A stretch of DNA of 64,000 nucleotides from Squalus acanthias. Its lineage: Eukaryota. Below the pieces are notes generated by a model. It ran no database searches and had not been told where the DNA came from. It saw nothing but the letters and a program-made list of their open reading frames with translations. A program made the translations under genes and the position numbers. How positions within the stretch are numbered: the first letter of the stretch is position 1; each line of letters begins with the position of its first letter. Below, piece by piece: positions 24,963-37,697 of this stretch. The stretch spans positions 62,994,001-63,058,000 of the forward strand of contig CM059432.1 of NCBI GenBank assembly GCA_030390025.1, in the 5' to 3' direction.

Positions 24963-27758
24963 ATGGCAAGGCTGGATGGCATTTATTTTAATGCAAGGAG
25001 TCTTGCGAGTAAGGCAGATGAATTGAAGGTGTTGATGAACACATGGGAGTATGATATTGTTGCTATCACAGAGACATGGTTGAGGAAGGGGCAGGACTAG
25101 CAGCTCAATATTCCGGGGTATAGAATCTTCAGGCGAGACAGAGGGGGGTGTAAAAGAGGAGGGGTGTCGCAATATTAATCAAGGAGTCAATTACTGCTGT
25201 AAGGAGGGATGATATCTTAGCAGGTTCCTCTAATGAGGCCATATGGGTAGAACTTAAAAACAAAAAGGGGGCAAGCACTTTGCTGGGAGTGTACTATAGG
25301 CCCCCAAACAGTCAGGGGGAGATAGAGGAACAGATATGTAGGCAAATCTCAGAGAAGTGTAGAAATAATAGGGTAATAATAGTAGGGGATTTCAACTTCC
25401 CCAATATTAACTGGGATAGTCAGAGTGTGAAAGGCTTAGAGGGTGCGAAATTCTTAAAGTGCATCCAGGAGAGCTTTTTGAGCCAGCATGTAGAAAGTCC
25501 TACAAGAGAGGGGGCGGTACTGTACCTAATTCTAGGGAATGTAGCCGGGCAAGTGGTAGAAGTGTTACTAGGAGAGCATTTTGGTGACAGTGACCATAAT
25601 TCGGTGAGATTTAAGGTAGTCATGGAAAAGGACAAAGGTGGACCGGAGATAAAGGTTCTAAATTGGGGAAGGCCAATTTTAATATGATAAGGCAGGAACT
25701 GGCCAAAGTGGACTGGGATCAGCTACTTGTAGGAAAATCCACATCAGAGCAGTGGGAGTCTTTCAGAAAGGAAATAGAGAGAGTACAACGGCAACATGTT
25801 CCCGCAAAGGTCAAGGGTGGGACCAACAAGCCCAGGGAACCCTGGATGTCAAGGGATATACGAGAATGGATTAGGAAAAAAAGTGAGGCTTTTGGCAGAT
25901 ACAAAGGACTAAAAACAGTGGAAGCCCTAGAGGAGTATAGAAAGTGCAGGGAGGTACTTAAAAAAGAAATTAGAAGAGCGAAGAGGGGGCATGAAATAAC
26001 ACTGGCGGGCAAAATAAAGGAAAATCCCAAGGTGTTTTATAAGTATATTAAGGGTAAGAGGATAACCAGGGAAAGAGTAGGGCCCATTAGGGACCAAAGT
26101 GGCAATCTGTGTGTAGAGCCAGAAGATGTAGGTGGGGTTTTAAATGAATATTTTGCATCTGTGTTCACTATGGAGAAGGACGATGTAGGCATAGAAATTA
26201 GGCAGGGGTATTGTGATATACTTGAACAAATTAGTATTGAGAGGGAGGAGGTACTAGCGGTTTTAGCAGGCTTAAAAGTGGATAAATCCCCAGGCCCAGA
26301 CTGCTGTGTGAGGCAAGAGAGGAGATTGCAGAGGCTCTGACACAAATTTTCAGAACCTCTCTGGCCACAGGGGAGGTGCCAGAGGACTGGAGAACAGCTA
26401 ACGTAGTACCATTATTCAAGAAGGGTAGTAGGGATAAACCAGGGAATTACAGGCCAGTGAGCCTAACATCAGTGGTAGGGAAATTATTGGAAAAAATTCT
26501 GAGGGACAGAATTAGTCTCCACTTGGAGAGGCAAGGATTAATCAAGGATAGTCAGCATGGCTTTGTCAGGGGGAGATCATGTCTGACCAATTTGATTGAA
26601 TTTTTCGAGGGGGTGACTAGGTGTGTGGATGAGGGTAGTGCAGTTGGTGTGGTCTACATGGACTTCAGTAAGGCTTTTGACAAAATCCCACATGGGAGAC
26701 TGGTCGAGAAGGTAAGAGCCCATGGGATCCAGGGCAACTTGGCACATTGGATTCAAAATTGGCTTAGTGGCAGGAGGCAGAGGGTGATGGTCGAAGGTTG
26801 TTTTTGTGACTGGAAGCCTGTGTCCAGTGGTGTACCGCAGGGATCGGTGCTGGGTCCTTTGCTGTTTGTAGTGTACATTAATGATTTAGATATGAATGTA
26901 GGAGGTATGATCAGTAAGTTTGCAGATGACACGAAAATTGGTGGGGTGGCAAATAGCGAGGAGGGAAGCCTCAGGCTACAGGACGATATAGACGGGTTGG
27001 TTAGATGGGCAGAACAGTGGCAAATGGAATTTAACCCTGAAAAGTGTGAAGTGATGTATTTTGGGAGGACTAACAAGGCAAGGGAATACACAATGAATGG
27101 TAGGACCCGAGGAAGGACAGAGGATCAGAGGGACATTGGTGTGCATGTACATAGATCCCTGAAGGTAGCAGGACAGGTAGATAAGGTGGTTAAGAAGGCA
27201 TATGGGATACTTGCCTTCATTAGCCGAGGCATAGAATACAAGAGCAGGGAGGTTATGATGGAGCTGTAGAAAACGCTAGTTAGGCCACAGCTGGAATACT
27301 GTGTGCAGTTCTGGTCGCCACACTATAGGAAGGATGTGATTGCATTGGAGAGGGTGCAGAGGAGATTCACCAGGATGTTACCTGGGCTGCAGCGCTTCAA
27401 CTATGAAGAGAGACTGGACAGGCTGTGGTTGTTTTCCTTAGAGCAGAGAAGGCTGAGGGGGGACCTGATTGAGGTGTACAAAATTATGAGGGGCATAGAT
27501 AGGGTAGATAGAAAGGAACTTTTCCCCTTAGTAGAGGAGTCAATAACCAGGGGGCATAGTTTCAAGGTAAGGGGCAGGAGGTTTAGAGGGGATTTGAGGA
27601 AAAACTTTTTCACCCAGAGGGTGGTTGGAATCTGGAACTCACTGCCTGAAAGGATGCTAGAGGCAGGAACCCTCACAGCATTCAAGAAGCATTTAGATGA
27701 GCACTTGAAACGCCATAGCATACAAGGCTACGGACCAAGTGCTGGAAAATGGGATTAA
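24963..27758 (+). pseudogene. CR1 ORF2 (endonuclease + reverse transcriptase) with stops and frameshifts
   Basis: Fragmented ORFs at 25280, 25663, 26376 and 27303 carry APE and RT motifs; in-frame stops at 25100 and 27269. Confidence 0.95.
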
Positions 27759-27830
27759 AATAGACAGGGCTTGATGGCCGGCGCGGACACGATGTGCTGA
27801 AGGGCCTCTTTCTGTGCTGTATAACTCTAT

Positions 27831-28705
27831 GGGGGAAAAATTCAGTATCGCCCAGTTTGGGGCGCATTTATCGGCCGGGCGCAAAGATTAGCGCCTGGCG
27901 CTAATTATCGCCTCTGACTGCAAACTTGACTTTTATCGCCCCTGGAGGTGATTGGAGCGCTAAATCAAGTGCTACACATCTGTCTTAAGGCGCAAAGGCC
28001 GAGGAGCGAGGCGCTAACTCAGAGCACTGGCGAAGCTCATGTGATGTCAGTCAGCAATGGAACACAGACACAATGGCCCCGGTTGATCTTGCTTTCCATC
28101 AACATCCTGCTCATTGCAGCCTTGAATCTCGGCCTGGAGAGACCTGTACATCAAATCTGCTGGAAAGAACAATGGAGAGGCCCAGGGAAAGAGCTCAGAG
28201 TGCTACCCCCACAGTCTCTTCTAAATCGATACAAGGAAGGGCAAATCAAAATGAACCTACAAAGTGCTGCTCAGTAACCAAAACTCCTTCACACAGCGTT
28301 GAATCTCTCCAGAAGTCTCTCTCTCTCTCTCTCTCAGAATGTGTGGTTCAAAAATGTCACCAACAAAAAAAGGCAGGAAGCGGTTGCCTTTAAATAGCGC
28401 TCCCCCAGTCCCTTCCTGACTGCAAAACGCTCCCCTCAACCTGTCGTTGCTAGCAGCAAGCGGTAAGGCAGGGGGCGCCACTCAATATCTGCTCCGGGGT
28501 GCTACCGGGGCGGTGCGCACTCGACTGACGTCACGATCTGCCGGCGCAGGAGATCGTGGTGGTAGTGTTTAGCGCTGCCGCAAAATGTCTAGTTAATTTC
28601 GCGAGCGGCGCAAACATCGCCGCGCCCGGGCGCTAGTTGCTTTGCGCCCCATTAGCGCCCTCTTAAGGCGCTAACGGGAGGCGTAACCAACTGAATTTTT
28701 CCCCC
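27831..28705. mobile_element. Harbinger-type MITE in the CR1 tail
   Basis: TIRs GGGGGAAAAATTCAGT ... ACTGAATTTTTCCCCC, TSD TAT; same family as 12968-13860. Confidence 0.92.
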
Positions 28706-30211
28706 TATGACTATGACTCTATGCGTCATCTGCCGGTTTCCTTAAAGGGACCATGCACAATTTTATTTTGACAGTTGATTTCTCAGTGTTTGACAGCATT
28801 GAGGTGCTGAAAACACTGACAATCACTGCACAAAGGTGAACTCTTGCACCCAGGCTCTCCATGACTCCCTCCATATGCTGGAATAGATGGCGGCTGCAGG
28901 TAAGGTGACAGAAGTGATCTGTCACTGGTGAGAGAGGTTCTCCCAATGAGGTGGCACTGGATATATAGTTGGATTTAAAAACTTGTAAGCTAAAGAAATC
29001 TGTAAATGTTTAAAAAATGCAGTAACCAACATTTTCTTTGCTCTGAAACTCACCATGTGCAAAATTGGATCCTTCACACCACTTCTGCAGCTGTCATCAT
29101 TCCACAAATATTACACCAGACTCACAACATGCTACACTTACCTGGCGTGGTGTCTGGACGTTGGGAAACCCGACCCAGAAGCAGGAAAATCCAAAAACAG
29201 GCTGAAAACTACTGACAAGTACCTGTTAATAGGCAGGTAATTGGCTTTAATCCGCTTCCCGCCGCTAGGTGTCGGGTCCATTCGCAAATCGGGGACCCGA
29301 CACTTGGGAAAGCTGTTTGGAGGCGGGTTGATGGCGGGATTGGAACCCGCCGTCAATCAAATCGATTTTAACCTCTGACCCGCCTCCAAACCCGCCCTCT
29401 GAGCGCTGGCAAAATTGCGGCCATGGTTTCCCTTGGTGCCTCGGGAAGTAGCAGTGATGGGCAACAGTGTAAATTCTTGCCTTGAGTTGGTTGACTGCTA
29501 TTTTTTTGCTGGCTGCTGTGGGTGGGGCAGGGACAAGCAATCACATATCCATACAGGCCATCCTTGTGGTTTTTCCATCACTGGCCTCTATGGACACTCC
29601 CAGCTATCAGACAAGGTACAGTGAACAGAAATCAAGTCACAAATTGTGAGCTTTGCATCACTGCATATGTTTATCCGTCAATGCTGTGGAATCTGGCCTG
29701 CAATATAAATAGCATAGTAATAGGAGCTCCAGCGTATGATGGAACTGCTTCTACTTGAAGTGGTTGTGTAATATAAATGCTGCATTAAGTGATTTGGTGC
29801 CTGCCATCTGGAAACAGTCACCTTGAGGGGTTTGCTACTTTTATTATTTCCTTGTGTAAGCACTTACTGTGTGCAACTGAACCTCAACTTATGCCAGTGG
29901 TGACATTCTGTTACTTTATTAGGATGTTTGGCACATTCACGAGGGCCGGGGACCGGGGATCAGGGTGGGGGAGGGCTTGGGGGTGGCCGAGGATTGCGGG
30001 GCAGGGTATTGCGCGGATCAGGGGTGGGGGTGTGTGGGGCCGGGTGTGGCGGTAATGGGGGTGTGGCGGTGATCGGCTCCTTTAATGTGGGTTCGGGAGA
30101 AGCACTCCTGCTCCTCCCGGCTGCACATGCAGGTAAGTTACTTACCTTCTTAGCTGAGCCTAGCAGGTGATTCCTCGGCATGGACTTCCTGAGTGCATTC
30201 TGCAAATACTG

Positions 30212-32135
30212 TTGGCCTTGGTTCAGTGGTAGTACTCTTGGCTCTTAGTCAGAAGGCTGTGGGTTCAAGCCTCACTTCAGAGACTTGAGTGCATAATCTA
30301 GGCTATTGATTCTTTAGTACAGTACTGCGGGGGTACTGCACTGTTGGCGGTGACGTCTTTCGGAGATGTTAAACTGAGTTCCCATCTGCCCGCTCAAGTG
30401 GATGTAAAAAAATCCCATGGCAATATTTGAAGAAGAGCAGGGGATGTAAGGGGTGACCTGCGGCTCTGTGCTTAGCCTGGGTGCTAGTGCGAGGTTAGGC
30501 CTTGTTGCCTGTTCTGGTCTCCAGCCAGCCTGGTAACACTAGACACCTGTGAGTGGTTCGACCCACTCGCCCTTACGGTTCTGACACTGGACTTAGGTGC
30601 GAGAGCAATAATGCAGAGAAAAACTCAGGTAGACCCGGTCGAATAGTGCGAAATGGAAAATCTTTATTGCATATTATTCAAGATTACGAGATACATGTCA
30701 TAAGCACAGATTAATGACAGTACAATCTTACACACAGTTATGTAACTAATTTTAGGGAAACGAGGAGCGCATGACACATCGTAAAAAGGGACACACATTA
30801 TACTTATCCTTAAAACTTAAACCCTCCCCTATCAATACCTGTCCTAATCTAGATTTGTAGGATCGAGACTCATGCTCACCACTCGTGATAACTCGGAGAA
30901 TTCCGAAACTCTGCTCGGATGTTTTTACCGCAGCACCTGACTATCCACGTGCTGATCAGGGGTCTCTGTACCCCACTTGTTTACTCGTTTCTGCTCCGGC
31001 TAGCAGGCTGGACCGTCTGCTGTCATGAAGATCTGTGTTGTCCTCGGAGTTCCGATACTACTCAAAAAAGAGTCTTCCTGTGCCCTCACCAGTTTGTAAA
31101 ATTCAAAGAAAGGTCTTCCTGGGCAAGGAAGTGTTTATTCGACTTACAGGCGCGGTCGGGGCTTACTGACCGGGGCGATGCGTATTGTCGTCTTCTTCTC
31201 TTCTCATCTCATCTCATCTCCTCTCGGGGCTTCGGTTCCAACACCGTTTACCGACTTTTCGGGATGGTGCGCCCGTTTCAAGGCCTCACAGCCCAGTTCT
31301 ACACAGATCTTCGCGGCAAGCCACGAGAGTCCAGAGCCGTCAGGCAAGAGAATAAAAGTTCAACAGTCTTCCAGCGAGTCAAAACAGCAAGTGCAAGAAG
31401 AAGCAGAGACAGCAGTCAGCAGCAAGAGTAGCAAGCGAAGAGAGAGATGGACGGTTGTACCTTACAGTTATGGTGCTGTAATTCCTCTTTTCCCGCCCAA
31501 TCTTAATGTCTATCTTTTGTCAGGGTTTTGGCGCTCAAACTTCTTGTATAGGGTGATCTCCGTTTTTAATGGGTTTCGGTGATACTTGTAACTGTCTGAG
31601 TACCCGTTAATACTTCTCCCATTGTGGAACCGGCTAGTAGTCTCCCTGGAGGGGTTTTGGGGCTTCCAAATGCTTGTTGTGAGTACCCGCGAACGGCTCT
31701 CTCATCGTAGAGCCGTGGGGATTTTGCATATTAATGTCTTTGGATGGATCCTTGATCGCTCGGTACAATAGCCCTTATTCTCACCTGGGAGACCGATTCC
31801 AGTATTTATGTATAAAATGCAAACCCATCATGTCTTGTGAATTATCTCAAATGTGCTGAGTCCTGTACGATCTTGCACAAATGTTTATTGGAACGCCATC
31901 TTGTCTGCCCATTGAAAGTCTAGAACGTTCTGCCACGAGGCGTGGCAGCCATTTTACAGGCTGTTTGTGTCCGCTTTGAAACCTGACAGCATTCTGCTGA
32001 AATAAAGCTGTTTGTACGAAACTTTATGTCTCCTTCTTATTTTATAAAATCGCGATAATTTTGCGAATTCTACAGGGATTTCCCTTGGTGTCTTGGCCAA
32101 CATTTAGTCCTCAGCCAGCATTATTAAAACAGATT
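30212..32135 (+). mobile_element. tRNA-headed Deu-domain SINE (SacSINE/AmnSINE-like), split by a solo LTR
   Basis: A/B-box-like head (tggttcagtgg, ggttcaagcc); the Deu-like core ...ccatggcaatatttgaagaagagcaggg resumes after the LTR at 32075. Confidence 0.7.
30445..32074 (-). mobile_element. Solo LTR, 1630 bp, same family as 15453-17154
   Basis: TG...CA termini, 4-bp TSD GGGA, minus-strand AATAAA at 30668-30663. Confidence 0.9.
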
Positions 32136-33074
32136 GGCCTAGAAATTCGGGGGTTTAGCACCACTTTCGGATGGCCGGGAGGACTGCCGATGTCCATGCT
32201 CACTAGGGATATGTAGATTATGCAGATCGTGAGGTCAGTGAGTGCGCAACGCTCACCTGACGTCCGATCTGCCATTTGGAGTTCGCCGCTCAACGTGGCT
32301 TAAGTGCGTCGAGCAGAGCAAGTGTTGACAAGCAGGAAGGAGGCTCCAACAGCGGAATTTAAAGGGATCATCAGCAACTACTTGCAGCTGACATGGTTCT
32401 GCAGTTGGACTGACTCTGTGCAACTTTCTGCAACTCCAGCAGCTTTATAAACTTCTTCCAAGGTTCTAAGGTAACAGGGAGTGTTGTTGCAAATGGAGAA
32501 CGCCTTCATTATTCTTTAAAGGCTTCTACTCACAACTCTTGCTCACAATCATGGGGGCTCTACTGGCAGTCCCCCTCGCGCTTGAGTATCTTCGGGAGAG
32601 GGAGCGGTGGCAGCGAAGAAGACAAGAAGATGTGTGCAGAGGGAGGAGGAGGAGGGCTACACAGGAGGCCTTACCCACCTAGGGTCTTCCAACAGCACTT
32701 CTCTTATATCCATTTAAGTGAGGAGCAGTGTATTAGGAGGCTCCGCTTCACCAAGGAGGTGGTCACAGAACTCTGCCACCACCTGCAACCAGACCTGCAG
32801 TCTCTGAGCAGGGCGAACACAGCTCTCCCAGTGGCTGTCAAGGTCATCATGGCCCTCAATTTCGTCACCAGCGGATCCTTCCAGTCTGTAGCAGGAGACA
32901 TAGCTAACATCTCACAGTTCGTCATCCATTGTTGCATCCGGGAGGTCACTGGGTTTCTCTACACCAGGATTACACTCAATAACAAAATACTGCGGATGCT
33001 GGAAATCTGAAACAACAACAGAAAATGCTGGAAACACTCAGCAGGCCAGGCAGCATCTGTGGAGAGAGAAACAG

Positions 33075-33111
33075 AGTTAACTTTTCAGGTCGATGACCTT
33101 TCGTCAGAACT
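33075..33111 (-). ncRNA. Hammerhead ribozyme motif with a mutated stem III palindrome
   Basis: Minus strand agtt-CTGACGA-a-AGGTC-atc-GACCT-GAA-AAGT-T-aact. Confidence 0.6.
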
Positions 33112-34490
33112 GGAAAAAGTTGGAGAAGTAACAGATTTTTAAGCAAGTGTGGGGCAGGGAAAGGGAGGAGGGGAGGAAAGAACAAAGGGAAGGTCTGTGA
33201 TAGGCTGGAAGGCAGGGGAGATTAAAAGACAAAGGGGATGATGGTGCAAGGCTTTTGGTAATGGGACAAGTTAAGAAACAAAAGATGACTCTAGATGAGG
33301 TGTAAATGGCAATGGCAGAATCATCAACAGCTGCCACGTGAGAGAAAAAAGAGAGAAAAAAAAGTTAGGGGCCGAGGTTATAGTCTGAAATTGTTGAACT
33401 CAATGTTGAGTCCAGAAGGCTGTAAAGTGCCTAATCGAAAGATGAGGTGCTGTTCCTCGAGCTTCGTTGGAACAGTGTAAGAGGCCGAGGACGGCGAGAT
33501 CAGAGTGGGAATGGAGCAGAGAATTAAAGTGACAGGCAACCAGAAGCTCGGGGTCACGCTTACGGACTGAACGGAGGTGTTCCGCAAAGCGGTCACCCAA
33601 TCTGCGTTTGGTCTCCCCAATGTAGAGGAGACCGCATCGTGAGTAGCGAATACAGTACACTAAATTGCAAGAAGTACAAGTAAATCGCTGTTTCACCTGG
33701 AAGGAGTGTTTGGGGCCCTGGACAGTGGGAAGGGAGGAGGTAAAAGGGCATGTGTTGCATCTCTTGTGCTTGCAAGGGGTGTTGGGGGTGATAGAGGAGT
33801 GGACCAGGGTGTCACAGAGGGAGCGGTTCCTTTGGAATGCTGAAGGGGGGAGCGGGGGGAGATGTGTTTGATGGTGGGATCACACTGGAGATGGTGGAGG
33901 ATGATCCGTTGAATGTGGAGGCTGGTGGGGTGAAAGGTGAGGACAAGGGGAACCCTATCGTGGTTCTGGGAGGGAGGGGAAGGGGTGAGAGCAGAAGTGC
34001 GGGAAATGGAACGGACACGGTCAAGGGCCATGTCAACCATGGTAGAGGGGAATCCTCGGTTGAGGAAAAAGGAAGACATATCGGAAGCACTAGTATGGAA
34101 AGTGGCATCGTCAGAACAGATGCGGTGGAGACAGAGAAGCTGGGAGAATGGAATAGAGTCCTTACAGGAAGCGGGGTGAGAGGAAGTGTAGTCCAGGTAG
34201 CTGTGGGAGTCAGTGGGCTTATAGTGGATGTTGGTCAATAGCCTATCCCCAGAAATGGAGACAGAGAAATTGAGGAAGGGAAGGGAAAAGTCGGAGATGG
34301 ACCATGTGAAGGTGAGGGAAGGGTGGAAATTGGAGCAAAGTGAATGAAATTTTCGAGTTCAGGGCGAGAGCAGGAAGCGGCACCGATACAGTCATCAATG
34401 TACCGGAAAAAGAGGTGAGGGAGGGGAATAACAACAGAAAACGCTGGAAAAACTCAGCAGGCCAGGCAACATCCGTGGAGAGAGAAAGAG

Positions 34491-34526
34491 AGTTAACGTT
34501 TCAGGTCGAAACCCTTCGTCGGAACT
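34491..34526 (-). ncRNA. Hammerhead-like motif with variant CCGACGA core
   Basis: Minus strand agtt-CCGACGA-a-GGGT-ttcg-ACCT-GAA-ACGT-T-aact. Confidence 0.6.
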
Positions 34527-34797
34527 GAGAGAGCAAGAAATAAACAGATAAAAATGCAAAGGGGAGGCTGGGGGGAGGAATAAAAGAACAAAAGGGATGG
34601 TCTTTAGTGAGTAGAGACATTGAGAGATGCTCAAGGCAAGACGAGATGGTAATGGGACAGGTTGAGAAACAAAAGGTAAGGTGTGAAATGCTGGCAGAAT
34701 CAGAGACAGCTGCCGTGGGGGGAGAGAGAGAAAAAAAGGAAAAAGGCACGGACCAAAAGAGTGGATAAAATGTATACATATGTGGTAGGGGCCGGGG

Positions 34798-37526
34798 TTA
34801 TGATCTGAAATTGTTGAACTCGATATTGAGTCCAGAGGGCTGTAAAGTGCCTAAACGGAAGATGAGGTGCTGTTCCTGGAGCTTACGCTGCGCTTCTGTG
34901 GAACAATGCAAGAGGCCGAGGACGGTGAGGTCTGAGTGAGCGTGGAGGGGTGAATTAAAATGACAAGCGACCGGAAGCTCGGGGTCACCCTTCCGGACTG
35001 AACGGAGGTGTTCCGCAAAGCGGTCACCCAATCTGCGTTTGGTCTCCCCAATGTAGAGGAGACCACATCGTGAGCAGCGAATACAGTATACTAGATTGCA
35101 AGAAGTACAAGTAAATCGCTGTTTCACCTGGAAGGGGTGTTTGGGGCCCTGGAGAGTGGGAAGGGGGGATGTATAAGGGCAGGTGTTGCATCTCCTGCGC
35201 TTGCACGGGAAGGTGCCGGGTGAAGGGGAAGGGGTGCTGGGGGTGATAGAGGAGTGGACTAGGGTGTCTCGGAGGGAGCGGTCCCTGCGGAATGCTGAAA
35301 GGGGAGGTGAGGGGAAGATACGTTTGGTGGTGGGATCACGTTGGAGGTGGCGGAAATGGCGGAGGATGATCCGTTGAATGTGGAGGCTGGTGGGGTGAAA
35401 GGTGAGGACAAGGGGAACTCTATCGTGGTTCCGGGAGGGAGGGGCCGGGGTGAGGGCAGAAGTGCGGGAGATGGAACGGACACGGTCGAGGGGAATCCTC
35501 GGTTGAGGAAAAAGGAAGACATGTCGGAAGCACTGGTATGGAAGGTGGCATCGTCGGAGCAGATGCGGCGGAGATGGAGAAACTGGGAGAAGGGAATAGA
35601 GTCCTTACAGGAGGCGGGGTGGGAGGAAGTGTAGTCCAGGTAGCTGTGGGAGTCAGTGGGTTTGTAGTGAATGTTGGTCAATAACCTATCCCCAGAGATG
35701 GAGACGGAGAAGTCGAGGAAGGGGAGGGAAGAGTCGGAGATGGACCATGTGAAGGTGAGGGAAGGGTGGAAATTGGAGGCAAAGTGAATGAAATTGTCCA
35801 GTTCAGGGCGAGAGCAGGAAACGGCACCGATACAGTCGTCAATGTACCGGAAAAAGAGGTGAGGGAGGGGACCCGAGTAGGACTGGAACAAAGAGTGTTC
35901 CACATATCCCACGAAAAGGCAGGCATAGCTAGGACCCATGCGGGTACCCATAGCAACACCTTTGATTTGGAGGAAATGAGTGGAGTCAAAGGAGAAGTTG
36001 TTCAATGTGAGAACAAGTTCAGCCAGGCGGAGGAGGGTGGCGGTGGATGGGGACTGGTTGGGCCTCTGTTCAAGGAAGAAGCGGAGCGCCCTCAGGCCAT
36101 CCTGGTGGGGGATGGAGATGTAGAGGGATTGTACGTCCATGGTGAAAAGGAGGCGGTTGGGGCCAGGAAACTGGAAACTGTTAAAGTGGCGGAGGGCGTC
36201 AGAGGAATCGCGGATGTAGGTGGGAAGGGACTGAACAAGGGGAGAAAAAATAGAATCGAGATAGGAAGAGATAAGTTCCGTGGGGCAAGAGCAGACTGAA
36301 ACGATGGGTCTACCAGGGCAGTCCTGTTTGTGGATCTTGGGAAGGAGGTAGAAGCGGGCTGTGCGGGGTTGGAGAACTATGAGGTTGGCGGCCGCGGGGG
36401 GAAGATCTCCAGAGGAGATGAGGTCAGTGACAGTCTTGGACACAGTGGCTTGATGTTCTGTAGTGGGGTCATGGTCCAGGTGGAGGTAGGAGGAGGTGTC
36501 GGAGAGTTGGCGTTCAACTTCCGCTAGGTAGAGGTCGGTTCGCCAAACAACAACAGCACCACCCTTGTCAGCAGGTTTAATGACAATGTCGGGGTTGGAT
36601 CTGAGAGAATGGAGTGCTGCAAGCTCAGAGGGAGGTAGGTTGGAGTGAGAGAGGGGAGCAGAGAAATTGAGCTGGCCGATGTCATGGCGGCAGTTAGCAA
36701 TGAAAAGATCTAGAGAGGGTAAAAGGCCAGAGGGAGGGGTCCAGGTGGAACGAGAATTCTGAAAGCGGGAGAAAGGGTCAGCCGTGCGGGGGGAAGACTC
36801 CTGGCCAGAGAAGTGGGCACGGAGACGGAGGCGGCGGAAAAAGAGCTCAGCATCGTGCCGAGCTCGAAATTCATTGAGATGGGGGCGTAAGGGGATGAAG
36901 CTCAGGCCTTTGCTGAGGACTGATCGTTCGGAGTCAGAGAGGGGAAGGTCAGAGGGGATAGTGAAAACGCGGCAGGGGGTGAGATTGGGAGAAGGGGGGT
37001 CAGAGGAAAGTGAAGGGGAAGAAGGTTCCGGAGGGGTGTTAGTGTCCAAGAGTTGTTGAAGCTTGCGATCCTTGACATCGGAAAGGAAGAAGAAAAGTTT
37101 TTTGTTGAAGCGTCGGATGAGTCTAAGGATGAAATGGAACTGTGGACCCGGACAGCTTTGAGATAGAGTGCGTCGGTGCTGCTGAAGAGAGATGTCGAGA
37201 GTGTTCATGTGGCGCTGCATGGCGTTGAGCGTGGATCTCAAGATGTGGCGAGAGCAGTAGTTCAAGGAACGATGAATATCTTGGAGATATTTGTAATCCT
37301 GGGTTGATCCGAAACACGAAGGGTGGAAGTTTAGTAGGAATCCACGTGGGATAAGTCGGAACCGGAGACAGTTGCTGAGGAAAGTAATGTGGCTGTGAAA
37401 CCGAGTCTTGGCAGATACCTGATCAAACACGAGAAGGGAAACTGAAAGCAATGACGATGAACAAGGTTGAAGAGCCAAACGGAAATCCCGTCGAAGAGAA
37501 GAGCAGAACTTCTTCAAGGTAGGCAT
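34798..37526 (-). pseudogene. Penelope ORF (RT + GIY-YIG endonuclease) with one frameshifting deletion near 35485
   Basis: MPTLKKF start; PADKG, LPKIHK, GRPI, GVAMG and RYIDD RT motifs; C-terminal NLVYCIRCSRCGLLYIGETKRRL. About 22 nt are missing relative to copy A. Confidence 0.9.
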
Positions 37527-37661
37527 TCCTAGAAGAGAGGTGGCAGTGAACCAAACACTAATACGATAGCAAAATACTGTGGATGCTGGAAATCCGAAAT
37601 AACAACAGAAAACGCTGGAAAAACTCAGCAGGCCAGGCAACATCCGTGGAGAGAGAAAGAG

Positions 37662-37697
37662 AGTTAACGTTTCAGGTCGAAACCCTTCGTCGGAACT
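37662..37697 (-). ncRNA. Hammerhead-like motif with variant CCGACGA core (5' pseudo-LTR)
   Basis: Identical to 34491-34526. Confidence 0.6.

Larger units (their letters stand above)
23581..28724 (+). mobile_element. Near full-length CR1 LINE (family A); its tail is interrupted by the MITE at 27831-28705
   Basis: 5' UTR, ORF1, disrupted ORF2 (APE + RT: DFSKAFD, GVPQGSVLGP, FADD), 3' UTR and ctatga-type tail. Confidence 0.97.
23409..29422 (+). mobile_element. Harbinger MITE split by a near full-length CR1
   Basis: TIRs GGCCGCGATTTT ... AAAATTGCGGCC, TSD ATG; halves 23409-23580 and ~28724-29422 match the uninterrupted copy at 57693-58473. Confidence 0.85.

Noticed and set aside
30212..30285. 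tRNA gene (also 38310-38384)
   Set aside because: These are tRNA-derived SINE heads continuous with SINE bodies; no complete cloverleaf is evident.
15453..32074. A 16.6-kb provirus bounded by two LTRs
   Set aside because: Each LTR has its own distinct TSD, there is no PBS, and the interior is unrelated transposons.
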